In this document: piece after piece, positions 17,360-25,768 of the stretch
How positions within the stretch are numbered: position 1 is the first letter of the stretch
Layout: the number at the start of each line of letters is the position of its first letter
Source: Thermodesulfobacteriota bacterium
GTDB lineage: Bacteria > Desulfobacterota > Binatia > DP-6
Direction of reading: 5' to 3'
Length of the DNA stretch: 25,857 nt
NCBI GenBank assembly: GCA_046744245.1
Contig: JBKPBB010000157.1
Span: forward strand, 1-25,857
The notes under the pieces: model-generated
The model's input: only the letters and a program-made list of their open reading frames with translations
Database searches by the model: none
What the model was told of the DNA's origin: nothing
Made by a program: the position numbers and the translations under genes

Positions 17360-18772
17360 ATGGCGGCCATCGACGGGTTGCTCGCCCTCATCGAGATTCA
17401 GAAGGCGAGCGGGCTCGTATTGGTGACCGGCGAAGTGCCAGCCCTGCTCGTGGGCGGCGCCACGCGTCCTCTCAGCATGCCGGCGCTGGCGCCGGCGCTG
17501 TTCGACGCGCTCATCGACGAGGTCCTCGACCCCGAGCAACGGGAGCGTCTGCGCGCGCAAGCCACCGTCGAGCTCGTCTACAGGTCCAACCGAAACAACA
17601 AGTCCTTCAACGTCACGGCGCAATCGACCGGCGAGCGGACGGTCCTCCGGTTCGTCGTGGGCGGCGCGCTCGCGGCGCGTGCGACGTCGGCGGCGGTGCG
17701 CCGACCCGCCAGCCTCGAATCGCTCGTCGTCGAGGCGCTCGACCGCGGCGCCTCGGACATCGTCCTCTCGGAAGGGCGCTCGCCACGGCTGCGCTTCGCC
17801 GGCCAGCTCGAAAGCGAGGACGGACCCGTCACGACGGCGCAGGACATCGAGACCTTCCTCGCCGCCCACATGACGTCCGAAACCCGCGCGCGGTTCGATG
17901 AGACCGGCAGCGCCGATCTTGCCTGTACACTCGACACCGCGGAGGAGCCGCGTCGGTTCCGCACCAATCTCTTTCGGCACCAGGCCGGCCTTTGCCTGAC
18001 GCTCCGCCCCATTCGCGACCGCATTCCCACGTTGGAGGAGCTGGGGCTTCCGCGCTCGCTCGCTGCGCTGGGTGCCCTGCTCGACGGAATGGTGCTCCTC
18101 AACGGACCGGCCGGCTCGGGCAAGTCGACGACGCTCGCCGCGCTCGTCGGCGAGATCAACCGAACGCGGGCCGTCCACGTGATCACCCTCGAAGATCCCA
18201 TCGAGTACCTGCACACGCCGCAGCGCAGCCTCATCCACCAGCGGGAGGTGGGCGCCCACGTGGAGAGCTTCAGCTCGGGTCTGCGTGCAGCTCTGCGCGA
18301 AAGTCCCGACGTCATTCTGGTGGGCGAGATGCGCGACCTCGAGACCATCTCGCTCGCGCTGACCGCCGCCGAGACCGGCCACCTCGTCCTCTCGACTCTC
18401 CACAGCGGCGCCGGCGCCATGGCCATCGACCGCATCATCGACGTCTTCCCGGACGCGCAACAGGCGCAGGTGCGCACTCAGCTCGCCTCGGTCCTGCGCG
18501 CCGTCGTGACGCAGCGGCTTCTACCGTCGACGGAGCCCGGCGGACGCGTGCCCGCGGTCGAGGTTCTCCGCGCGAGCTACGCGATCGCCGCCCAGATCCG
18601 CGAGAGCAAGACGCATCAGCTCGCCACACAAATTCAACTCGGCCAGGACGAGGGCATGATCCCCCTCGAACGATCCCTCGTCGATCTCGTGCGCGCGGGC
18701 CGCATCACCCGCGAGACGGCCCTCGCCGCCGCGCGGAGCCCCGAAGAGCTGCAGCGCTGGCTGAAGGACTGA
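17360..18772 (+). CDS. pilT: PilT/PilU-family type IV pilus retraction-type ATPase with an extra N-terminal domain
   Basis: GASDIVLSEG, Walker A GPAGSGKSTTLAA, ITLEDPIEY, QREVG, AALRESPDVILVGEMRDLETI, His box TGHLVLSTLH and an AIRNLIRE-like AIAAQIRE. It is a paralogue, not necessarily the main motor. Confidence 0.92.
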   Translation: MAAIDGLLALIEIQKASGLVLVTGEVPALLVGGATRPLSMPALAPALFDALIDEVLDPEQRERLRAQATVELVYRSNRNNKSFNVTAQSTGERTVLRFVVGGALAARATSAAVRRPASLESLVVEALDRGASDIVLSEGRSPRLRFAGQLESEDGPVTTAQDIETFLAAHMTSETRARFDETGSADLACTLDTAEEPRRFRTNLFRHQAGLCLTLRPIRDRIPTLEELGLPRSLAALGALLDGMVLLNGPAGSGKSTTLAALVGEINRTRAVHVITLEDPIEYLHTPQRSLIHQREVGAHVESFSSGLRAALRESPDVILVGEMRDLETISLALTAAETGHLVLSTLHSGAGAMAIDRIIDVFPDAQQAQVRTQLASVLRAVVTQRLLPSTEPGGRVPAVEVLRASYAIAAQIRESKTHQLATQIQLGQDEGMIPLERSLVDLVRAGRITRETALAAARSPEELQRWLKD

Positions 18773-18801
18773 CGCTCGGGCTCCAGAACCCGATTGACCG
18801 C

Positions 18802-18843
18802 GCGGTCGTCGGCGTCCCTCACGAGAAGTGGGGAGAAGCGGTC
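18802..18843 (+). pseudogene. 14-codon relic of an AMP-dependent acyl-CoA synthetase C-terminal domain
   Basis: Reads AVVGVPHEKWGEAV, matching the family motif AV(I/V)GVPDxxWGEAV. No flanking coding context. Confidence 0.55.
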
Positions 18844-18934
18844 CGGGTCCTGACCGAGCGCCGCCCGCGCGCGGGCGCTGCCCGCGCCGTCCCCCGCGCG
18901 CGAGCTCGCCGCGACCGGAAGCCGTTGACGGTTC

Positions 18935-19867
18935 TCAGAGTAGTCCGGCCCGCTCGAGGACCCCGTCGAGGCGAGAGGCGAGCTCGGGAGCCGCCGGCAT
19001 CATCGGGAGTCGGTGCGCGTTCTCGGCGAGGAGCCCCATCCGCTTCATCATGTACTTGATCGGGATCGGGTTCGTATCGAGGAAGACGGCGCGGTTGAGC
19101 TCGAAGAGATCGAAGTGGAGGCGTCGTGCCTCGGCGAGCTTCCCCTCCGCGACCGCGCGGTAGAGCGCGGCGACCTTGCGCGGGGCGAGGTTGCCGACCG
19201 CGTTGATCAGGCCGGCGGCGCCGAGGGCGAGCATCGGGAAGGAGAGCTCCTCGAGGCCGGCCATCACGCGCAGCTCGCTGCCGAAGCGCGCGAGCGCCTC
19301 GGTGACGAGGCCCAGGTCGTCGGCGGCGTGCTTGAAGCCGACGAAGGTGGGAGCGCGCTCGGCGAGCGCGCTCAAGGTGTCGAGCGTGACCGCTACGGCC
19401 GCCCGGCCGGGGATGTGGTAGAGGAGGAACGGCAGCGGGCTGCGCCGTGCAAGATCGGCGAAGTATTCGACCAGACCGCGCTGCGGCGGGCGGACGTAAT
19501 AGGGAGTGACGACCAGGAGCGCGTCGGCGCCGACCGCAGCGGCGTGCTCGGTGAGCTCGACCGTCTCGGCATGCGACTGGCTGCCGGTGGCCACCACGAC
19601 CGGCAGACGTCGCGCGGCCGCCTGGAGCGCGACCTCGCACAGGCGCTTTCGCTCCGCCACGCTGAGCAGGCTCGGCTCGGCGGTCGTGCCGTTCACGACG
19701 ATGCCGTGGCTGCCCTCCCTCACCTGGAAGTCGACGAGCGAGGCGTAGGCGTCGCAGTCGACCCGGTCGCCACGGAACGGCGTGACGAGCGGCGGATAGG
19801 AGCCGCGCAGGAACTGAGCGGGGAGTGCGATCAGGTTGCCCTCCGTCTCTCGAGCGAGCGGCCTCAC
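18935..19867 (-). CDS. DapA/N-acetylneuraminate-lyase family aldolase (HpaI-type/NahE/PhdJ-like catabolic aldolase rather than biosynthetic DHDPS)
   Basis: RGSYPPLVTPF, GTTAE, ADALLVVTPYYVRP, LYHIPGR, Schiff-base Lys in GFKHA, and TNPIPIK. The start is either GTG 19867 (GTGA overlap with the upstream stop) or CTG 19834 after GGAGG. Confidence 0.9.
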   Translation of the reverse strand: MRPLARETEGNLIALPAQFLRGSYPPLVTPFRGDRVDCDAYASLVDFQVREGSHGIVVNGTTAEPSLLSVAERKRLCEVALQAAARRLPVVVATGSQSHAETVELTEHAAAVGADALLVVTPYYVRPPQRGLVEYFADLARRSPLPFLLYHIPGRAAVAVTLDTLSALAERAPTFVGFKHAADDLGLVTEALARFGSELRVMAGLEELSFPMLALGAAGLINAVGNLAPRKVAALYRAVAEGKLAEARRLHFDLFELNRAVFLDTNPIPIKYMMKRMGLLAENAHRLPMMPAAPELASRLDGVLERAGLL

Positions 19868-20955
19868 TCGACCTGCGAGCGATTGGTGGCGAACCCGGCC
19901 TCGGCGCCGAGGACGCGCGGGGGCCGCGTCAGGTCCTCCTGCCAGAGCAACGATTCCATCGCGATGTTGAGCGGCTGGTCCTGGACGGTGAGCTCGTAGA
20001 CGGCGTCGTCGTCGCTCGAGGCGTGGTGGTGCACCGCCCAGCCCGGGGCGCTGAGCATCAGGTCGCCCGCCTTCCACTCGTAGCGCCTGCGGTCGACGAC
20101 GCTCCAGCCGCGGCCGCGGAAGTAGTAGTTGATCGCCGCCGACACGTGGCGGTGCGGCCGGTCGACGATTCCCGGCGGGCGGACGGTGATGGTAGCGAAG
20201 AAGCTCGGGGTCGTACCGTTGGTGCGGCCGGTCGCCGGGTTGTAGAGGAGATAGAGCCGCCGGCCTACGTAGTCGGCCCCGAGCGCGTCGAGCTGGTCGA
20301 GGTGCGCCTTGACGCTCCGCCAGGGCCAGTGCAGCGCCCGCGAATCGACGGGCGGCGGGTTGATGAGCGTCTCGTAGGGCATGAGCATCGCGCCCTCGCC
20401 GGCGAGCGGGACGGCGCCGGAGGCGCCCCGTCGCGGCGCATCGCCCGGCGATGGCTCGGCTCCGGCGGCGATCGCGTCCTCGCGAGGGCTCTCCTCGACC
20501 AGGTGGACGTTCATCTTCTCGAGCAGGGGCGCGTTCGAGTAGGTGAGCCGCACCTGCAGCTCGTCGGCGTCGTTCACCTGCCAGGCGGCGTGCCAGGAGG
20601 GATGATTCCAGACGTCGTACTGCGAGAAGGCGATGCGCTTTCGGCCGACGACCGCCGAGCCGCCGCCGCGGATGCAGAACTCGACCTCGGTCGAGTTCCG
20701 GCGGACGGGCTCGGTGCGCTCGCCGGGCCTGAGGACCGAGAGCGTCACGCGGATTCCCGGCAAGAGGCCGAGGCCGGGCTCCGTCGAGCGTGGATGAACG
20801 AAGAGCGATTCGCGCCGGCCGTTGGCGGGGCGCGGCAGTGACGCGAGGCGCTCGGCCTCGGCGTCGATCTCCTCCTGCGTGAAGATCACCGGCTCCCAGA
20901 GCTCGGGCTCCGGGGCGGTCTGGCCGGACACGTCCTGGAAGAAGGGCTTCGCCAT
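19864..20955 (-). CDS. Bicupin, gentisate/salicylate/1-hydroxy-2-naphthoate 1,2-dioxygenase-like ring-cleavage enzyme
   Basis: Two cupin repeats. The C-terminal one has RPHRHVSAAINY...GDLMLSAPGWAVHHH. The ATG at 20955 overlaps the upstream stop (TGATG). Confidence 0.82.
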   Translation of the reverse strand: MAKPFFQDVSGQTAPEPELWEPVIFTQEEIDAEAERLASLPRPANGRRESLFVHPRSTEPGLGLLPGIRVTLSVLRPGERTEPVRRNSTEVEFCIRGGGSAVVGRKRIAFSQYDVWNHPSWHAAWQVNDADELQVRLTYSNAPLLEKMNVHLVEESPREDAIAAGAEPSPGDAPRRGASGAVPLAGEGAMLMPYETLINPPPVDSRALHWPWRSVKAHLDQLDALGADYVGRRLYLLYNPATGRTNGTTPSFFATITVRPPGIVDRPHRHVSAAINYYFRGRGWSVVDRRRYEWKAGDLMLSAPGWAVHHHASSDDDAVYELTVQDQPLNIAMESLLWQEDLTRPPRVLGAEAGFATNRSQVE

Positions 20956-21956
20956 CACGATCCTCCGTGCAGCCGGGGCAGAGCCTGCGCCGGGTGCGGA
21001 AGGCGGCGGCCGATGCCTCGTGCGGCCGCGCGGCCGAGCACCTCGACCGCGACCGCGAGGTCGGCGAGACCGATGCCCATCGCCTTGAAGAGGGTGACGT
21101 CCGCCTCGGGCGGCCGGCTGCGCCGCGCGGCCACGATACGGGACAGCGGCGTGATCTCGGTCGCGTCGCCGAGCTCGGCGGCGAGCCGGCGGGCCGCCGA
21201 AGGGCTGTCGGCGACGACCAGCGAGCAGCGTCGCACGAGGTCGCTCGAGAGCTCCCGGCGCTCGGGCGTGATCGCGCCGATCGCGTTCACGTGGGCGCCC
21301 GCGGCGACCATGGCGGCGTCGAGCAGCGGCTCGCGGGCCCGGGTCGCGGTCGTGATGATCGGGCACCCCTCGACCGCCTCAAAGACCGAGCGCGCCTCGG
21401 TGACCCGAAAGGCGAAGCCGGAGGCGGCCAGGCGTGCGACGAACGCGGCTCGACGCTCCGCCGTCGGGCTGAACACGCGCACGCGGGAGAGGGGACGCAC
21501 CGCGGCGACGGCGGCCACCTGCGGCAGGGCCTGCTTGCCGGTGCCGATGAGCGCGAGCTCCGCGGCGTCGCTCCGCGCCAGCCAGCGCGTGGCCACGCCC
21601 GAGACCGCGCCGGTGCGGAGCTGCCCGAGGACGAACGCCTCGATCACCGCCTTGAGACGCCCCGAGCCGCTGTCCCAGAGGATGAGGAGCGGGGTCGCGC
21701 CGCCGGCGGTGTGGGCCCAGGTCTTGGTGCCGACGAATCCCGCGCTCGCCGCCTCGCCGCCGAGCGCGTGCAGGCTGTGTCCCTAGCCCCACACGACGTG
21801 GGTCTTCTCCATGGTCTGCGCGCTCCCCGAGGCCTCGAGCGCGAGCCAGCGCTCGACGGCCGCGATCGCCCCGGGAAGGCTCACCAGGCTCGCGACCTCC
21901 GCCTCGGTGAGCCAGAGCGGGTCCTCCGCCGTCGAGGCGGCCGTGCGCGACGCCAT
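20955..21956 (-). pseudogene. Ornithine cyclodeaminase/mu-crystallin family protein with an in-frame TAG at codon 58
   Basis: ORFs 21783..22349 (from ATG 21956) and 20955..21647 share a frame: ...KTHVVWG*GHSLHALGG...GTKTWAHT...LRTGAVSG...IGTGKQA...ITTAT...HVNAIG...TLFKAMGIGLADLA. Confidence 0.85.
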
Positions 21957-21958
21957 CG

Positions 21959-22438
21959 TCAAACCGGGTAGATCAGCGAAATGGGGATGATCGGCGCGTC
22001 GTAGACCGCGACCTTGCGCCGGAACTTGAGCGCTCCGTCGACGGACACGACGAGGTCCACGTAGCGGCCGGCCAGGTGGACGCGGGTCGGCTCGTCGCCG
22101 AGCGACTCGGCGACCAGGAAGCTGGCACGGACCTCCAGCCCCGAGTCGCTCTCGCGCTGGGGCCGGATGCCCGAGACGAAGCGGCGCAGCGCCCGCGGCG
22201 CGAAGGTCTGCGTCCTGCGGATGGTGTGGATGCGATCGGCGAGCATCCTGCGGCTGTCGCACCGCATCGTCGCGAGCGGCAGGCCGCGCTCGAAGTTCTC
22301 GCGCGAGACGACCCGGTACTCGCTCTCCTCCACGAACAGATCGAGCCACGAATCGAAGTCGCCCTCGTCCAGGTAGGCGACGTAGTCGTCGTAGAAATCG
22401 CGCAGGCGCGCGCGCTCGACCGCCCCTCCCGGGCTCAT
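21959..22438 (-). CDS. Aromatic ring-hydroxylating oxygenase beta subunit (NagH-like)
   Basis: YDDYVAYLD...WLDLF...YRVVSRENFERGLPLA...DRI...GRYVD...YDAPIIPISLIYPV. The ATG at 22438 overlaps the alpha-subunit stop (ATGA). Confidence 0.93.
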   Translation of the reverse strand: MSPGGAVERARLRDFYDDYVAYLDEGDFDSWLDLFVEESEYRVVSRENFERGLPLATMRCDSRRMLADRIHTIRRTQTFAPRALRRFVSGIRPQRESDSGLEVRASFLVAESLGDEPTRVHLAGRYVDLVVSVDGALKFRRKVAVYDAPIIPISLIYPV

Positions 22439-23682
22439 AACTCCATGACCCGGCGGTAGTGCGCGTAGAAGGCGCGAATCGCGGCCTCGGTCACGATGTG
22501 CTCGCTGTCGGAGAGGTCGCGTCCACCCATCTCGACGAGGGCCGACGCCCCCTCGCCCGCCCGGCAGCCGAGCTGGGCGAGGCGCAGGACCTCGCTGTCG
22601 TCGATGGAGACCAGCCCCGCGGGCCCCATCAGGTTCGCCTGCCGCAGGCGCCGGGTGGTCATGTCCTCGTCGTCGTCGGCGTACCCGAAGAAGGTCCAGT
22701 GAAGCTCGAACGCGCCGGGCCCGCGCGTGACCAGCTGCCGGGTGGCGAGCGTGTTCGACTGCTGCTGGACGATCAGGTTCGGCCAGATCGTCTGCATCAC
22801 CACGGTGGCGCTCCCCGGGAACTCCCGCACGGGATCGAGGAGGCGAGGGTCCGCGAGCGTCAGGTCGCTGCGGAAGGACTTCATCTCGGCCGTGGCCTCG
22901 CTCGCCTTCTGCTCCCCCTTGCTCGAGACGAGCACGGCGTGCTGGCCGCTCGCGTCCATCTGCACGGCCGAGGGCATGTCGGCGCGGAAGAGGCCGAAGC
23001 TCACCAGGAACACGTGCAGCAGGCTCGCGTGGTACGGGTCCTTGATGTTCTCGAACATGAGCTTCCAGTTGGCGGGAACGATCTGCCGCTGGTAGCCGAG
23101 AACGCGAAGCTGCCGTCCGTCGAAGACCCGGTCGAACCATCCGAGGTTGGTCTGGCCGAGATAGTCCTCGAGCGCCGGCATGCAACCCTCGAACGAGGCG
23201 AAGACGACGCCGTGGCGCTCGGCGACGGCGAGCCGCTCGAGGCCGTGCTCGGCGAGCGAGAAGTCGGCCGACATTCCTCCGGCGCCCTTGACCCCGTGCC
23301 GGAAGGGGACGCCGCGGAGGTTGCCATCGAGATCATAGGTCCACTGGTGGTACGGGCACATGAAGCTCTTGGTGCTTCCGTACGCCTCCGTGCAGAACTG
23401 GACGCCGCGGTGCGCGCAGCGGTTGACGAGCACGTTCGCCCGGCCGTCGGCCGCGCGGACGACGACCACCGGGACCTCGCCGATCGTCGAGCGCTTGAAG
23501 TCACCCGGGCGCGGGATCTCGGCGGCGAGCGCGACGTAGCTCCAGCTCGCGCCCCGGAAGATCCGCTGCTGCTCGCGCCGGTAGACCTCGGCGTCGGTGT
23601 ACACCCAGTAGGGGACCCGGCTCACGCCCTCCGCCGGCCACGTGCGCTTCGCGGGGCGATCGAGGTCGTCGAGGGGTTCCAT
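22435..23682 (-). CDS. Rieske ring-hydroxylating oxygenase alpha subunit, salicylate 5-hydroxylase (NagG)/anthranilate dioxygenase (AndAc)-like clade
   Basis: Rieske ligands NRCAHRG and CPYHQW; mononuclear Fe region NWKLMFENIKDPYHASLLH and GPAGLVSIDD; clade-typical WPxEGxSRVP, GVPFRxG and RLRQANL. Confidence 0.95.
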   Translation of the reverse strand: MEPLDDLDRPAKRTWPAEGVSRVPYWVYTDAEVYRREQQRIFRGASWSYVALAAEIPRPGDFKRSTIGEVPVVVVRAADGRANVLVNRCAHRGVQFCTEAYGSTKSFMCPYHQWTYDLDGNLRGVPFRHGVKGAGGMSADFSLAEHGLERLAVAERHGVVFASFEGCMPALEDYLGQTNLGWFDRVFDGRQLRVLGYQRQIVPANWKLMFENIKDPYHASLLHVFLVSFGLFRADMPSAVQMDASGQHAVLVSSKGEQKASEATAEMKSFRSDLTLADPRLLDPVREFPGSATVVMQTIWPNLIVQQQSNTLATRQLVTRGPGAFELHWTFFGYADDDEDMTTRRLRQANLMGPAGLVSIDDSEVLRLAQLGCRAGEGASALVEMGGRDLSDSEHIVTEAAIRAFYAHYRRVMEL

Positions 23683-23710
23683 TTTTCGCTGAGAGACCCT
23701 CTACCCTCGT

Positions 23711-23731
23711 GTGTCGACACCCACGATCATA
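23711..23731 (-). promoter_or_regulatory. Possible -10 element and adjacent palindrome upstream of the aromatic operon
   Basis: TATGAT on the minus strand (23731-23726), with the palindrome GTGTCGACAC (23711-23720) just downstream. No clear -35. Confidence 0.3.
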
Positions 23732-23894
23732 CCGTCCTCCGGCACCACAGCCGCGCATGGTGCGGACTCAGCGCTTCTTCCGGCCCCCGAGAGCTTACCG
23801 TGCAGGCCGGATGGGCGAGGATAGTCTGCAGGGCGGGCTGACGACAAGGTCGGATCCGATCGCCGTCGCATGAGCCGCGTTCCCTTCGATGGCG

Positions 23895-25768
23895 TCACGC
23901 GAGCAGGCGTGTCAGGCGCAGCGCCTCGCCCACCGACCATGCCTGGAACGGGCAGCCGCGCGGCGTGTGCGGCGGGTCGCCGTCGGCGATCTCCGGCAGA
24001 TGCCCGAGCCCCGCGTCGGAGAGGTGCGCGAGCAGGGGGTCGAGGAAGTGCGCGCGCGCCTCGGCGCGCGCCGCCGGCGTGCCGCCCCGGACGCGCACCC
24101 AGGCCTCGACGAACCCGCCCATGAGCCACGGCCAGGCCGTGCCCTGATGATACGCGCCGTCGCGCTCGCGCGGACCGCCCGCGTAGCGCGGCGTGTAGCC
24201 GGGCTCGCCGGGGGCGAGCGAGCGGAGGCCGAGCGGGGTCACGAGCCGCGCCTCGACCGCGTCGACGACACGGCGGGCGCGGTCCCCTTCGAGCACCGCG
24301 AACGGCAGGCCGCCGACCGCGAAGATCTGGTTCGGGCGAAAGGTCGCATCGACCGTCCCGGACCTATGATCGACGTCGACGACGTCGGCGAGATGGCCGC
24401 GCGCCTCGTCCCAGAAGCGCGCCGCGAAGGCGGGCCGGGCCCGGGCGTAGAGCTCGGCCCAGCGCTCGGAGAGCTCGTTCCCGATGCGCAGCGCGTTCAG
24501 CCAGAGCGCCTGCACCTCGACGGGCTTGCCGATGCGCGGCGTGACCACCCAGTCGCCCACCTTGGCGTCCATCCAGGTGAGCTGCACGCCGGGCTCGCCC
24601 GCGGCGAGGAGGCCGTCGCCGTCGACGTGGATCCGGTAGCGGGTCCCGGCCACGTAGCCCGCGAGGATCGCCTCCACCGCGCCCGCGAGCGTCTGCCGGT
24701 CACGCGGCGCGACCTGGGGCGCAGCCTCCAGGAAGTCGTGGACGGCGACCACGTACCAGAGCGCGGCATCCACCGCGTTGAACTCGGGCGCCTCGCCGCG
24801 GTCGGGAAAGCGGTTCGGCAGCATGCCCTCGGAGACCGCGCCCGCCCACTCGAGGAGGATGGCGCGCGCGTCGTCGAGGCGGCCGGTCGCGAGGCAGAGG
24901 CCCCGCATGGCGATGAAGGTGTCGCGGCCCCAGTCGGTGAACCACGGGTAGCCGGCGACGATCGTCTTCCCGCTCCCGCGCCGCACGAGGTACGCGTCCG
25001 CCGCCCGATGCAGGCGCGAGGGGAACCGCCGCCGGCGCCGCTCCTCTGCGGCGCGGAGCGCGGCGACATCCTCCGCGGGCTCGTGCCCTTCCGCGGCGAG
25101 CACCAGGACCGCCTCGCCCCGGGCGAGGTCCCAGCGGAAGATGCCGGGCGAGGCCAGGTCCTCGACGTGATCGAGGCCGCGGTCGCGCTCCTCGGTGTAG
25201 AGGAAGCTCCGGTACCAGTCCGGCTGGTGCACGTACGTGCCGTTGGCGCGCGCGACGATCGCGGGCAGACCTGGATAGGGCCGCCAGACGACCCGTCCGT
25301 CCGCGACCTCGGCGTCGAAGCGGAAGGCCGGGTTCTCGTGGTGGAGGGCGTGATAGTCGCGCCCCGAGACGAGCGGCCGCACGGCGAGCGTCCCGCCCGG
25401 TCCCTCGTGGAGCCGCCAGTAGAGCGCCGTCGCCGCGCGTGCGGGCTCGACGAGGACGCCGTGCTCGATCAGGCTCCCGTCGGGCAGGCGGAACGTCCAG
25501 CGTGGCCACGGCTCGGCGGCGAAGCTCTCGATGCGCTCGGCGCCGTCGGGGTGAATGACGTCCGGCGCGTAACGCTGCGAGGAGAGCGCGACTGGCCCGT
25601 CCGGGGTCTCGACCCACGCCTCGAGCCCGTTCACCAGCACGACGCGGCCGGCGGGCGGCGCTGTCGCAGCGAGGAGGAGCGCGTGGTAGCGCCGTGTGCG
25701 GATCCCACTCGCCGTACCGGAGGCGAATCCGCCGAGGCCGTCGGCCTCGAGCCACTCGGCGCGGCTAT
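23895..25768 (-). CDS. Amylo-alpha-1,6-glucosidase / glycogen debranching enzyme (GDE N + C domains); start codon apparently damaged
   Basis: The conserved N-terminus EWLEADGLGGFASGT...RTRRYHALL lies upstream of the ORF-track start (25640) and in frame with it. Further motifs AGYPWFTDWGRDT, GMLPNRF, NAVDAALW, LTWMDAK, GKPVEVQALW, YHQGTAWPW and GCPFQAWS. Confidence 0.9.

Noticed and set aside
18862-18877. 16-bp GC palindrome CGCCCGCGCGCGGGCG between convergent genes as a terminator
   Set aside because: It has no loop or U-tract, and pure-GC palindromes are expected by chance at this composition.
19832-19834. Non-canonical CTG start for the aldolase
   Set aside because: An in-frame GTG at 19867 overlaps the upstream stop and gives a conventional coupled start, so CTG initiation need not be invoked.
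18935-19867. Calling the aldolase dapA (lysine biosynthesis)
   Set aside because: The GTTAE motif and its coupling to a ring-cleavage cluster point to a catabolic paralogue.
21783-21785. Genome-wide TAG reassignment
   Set aside because: TAG ends several normal genes here (at 2870, 14989 and 17167) at their expected C-termini.
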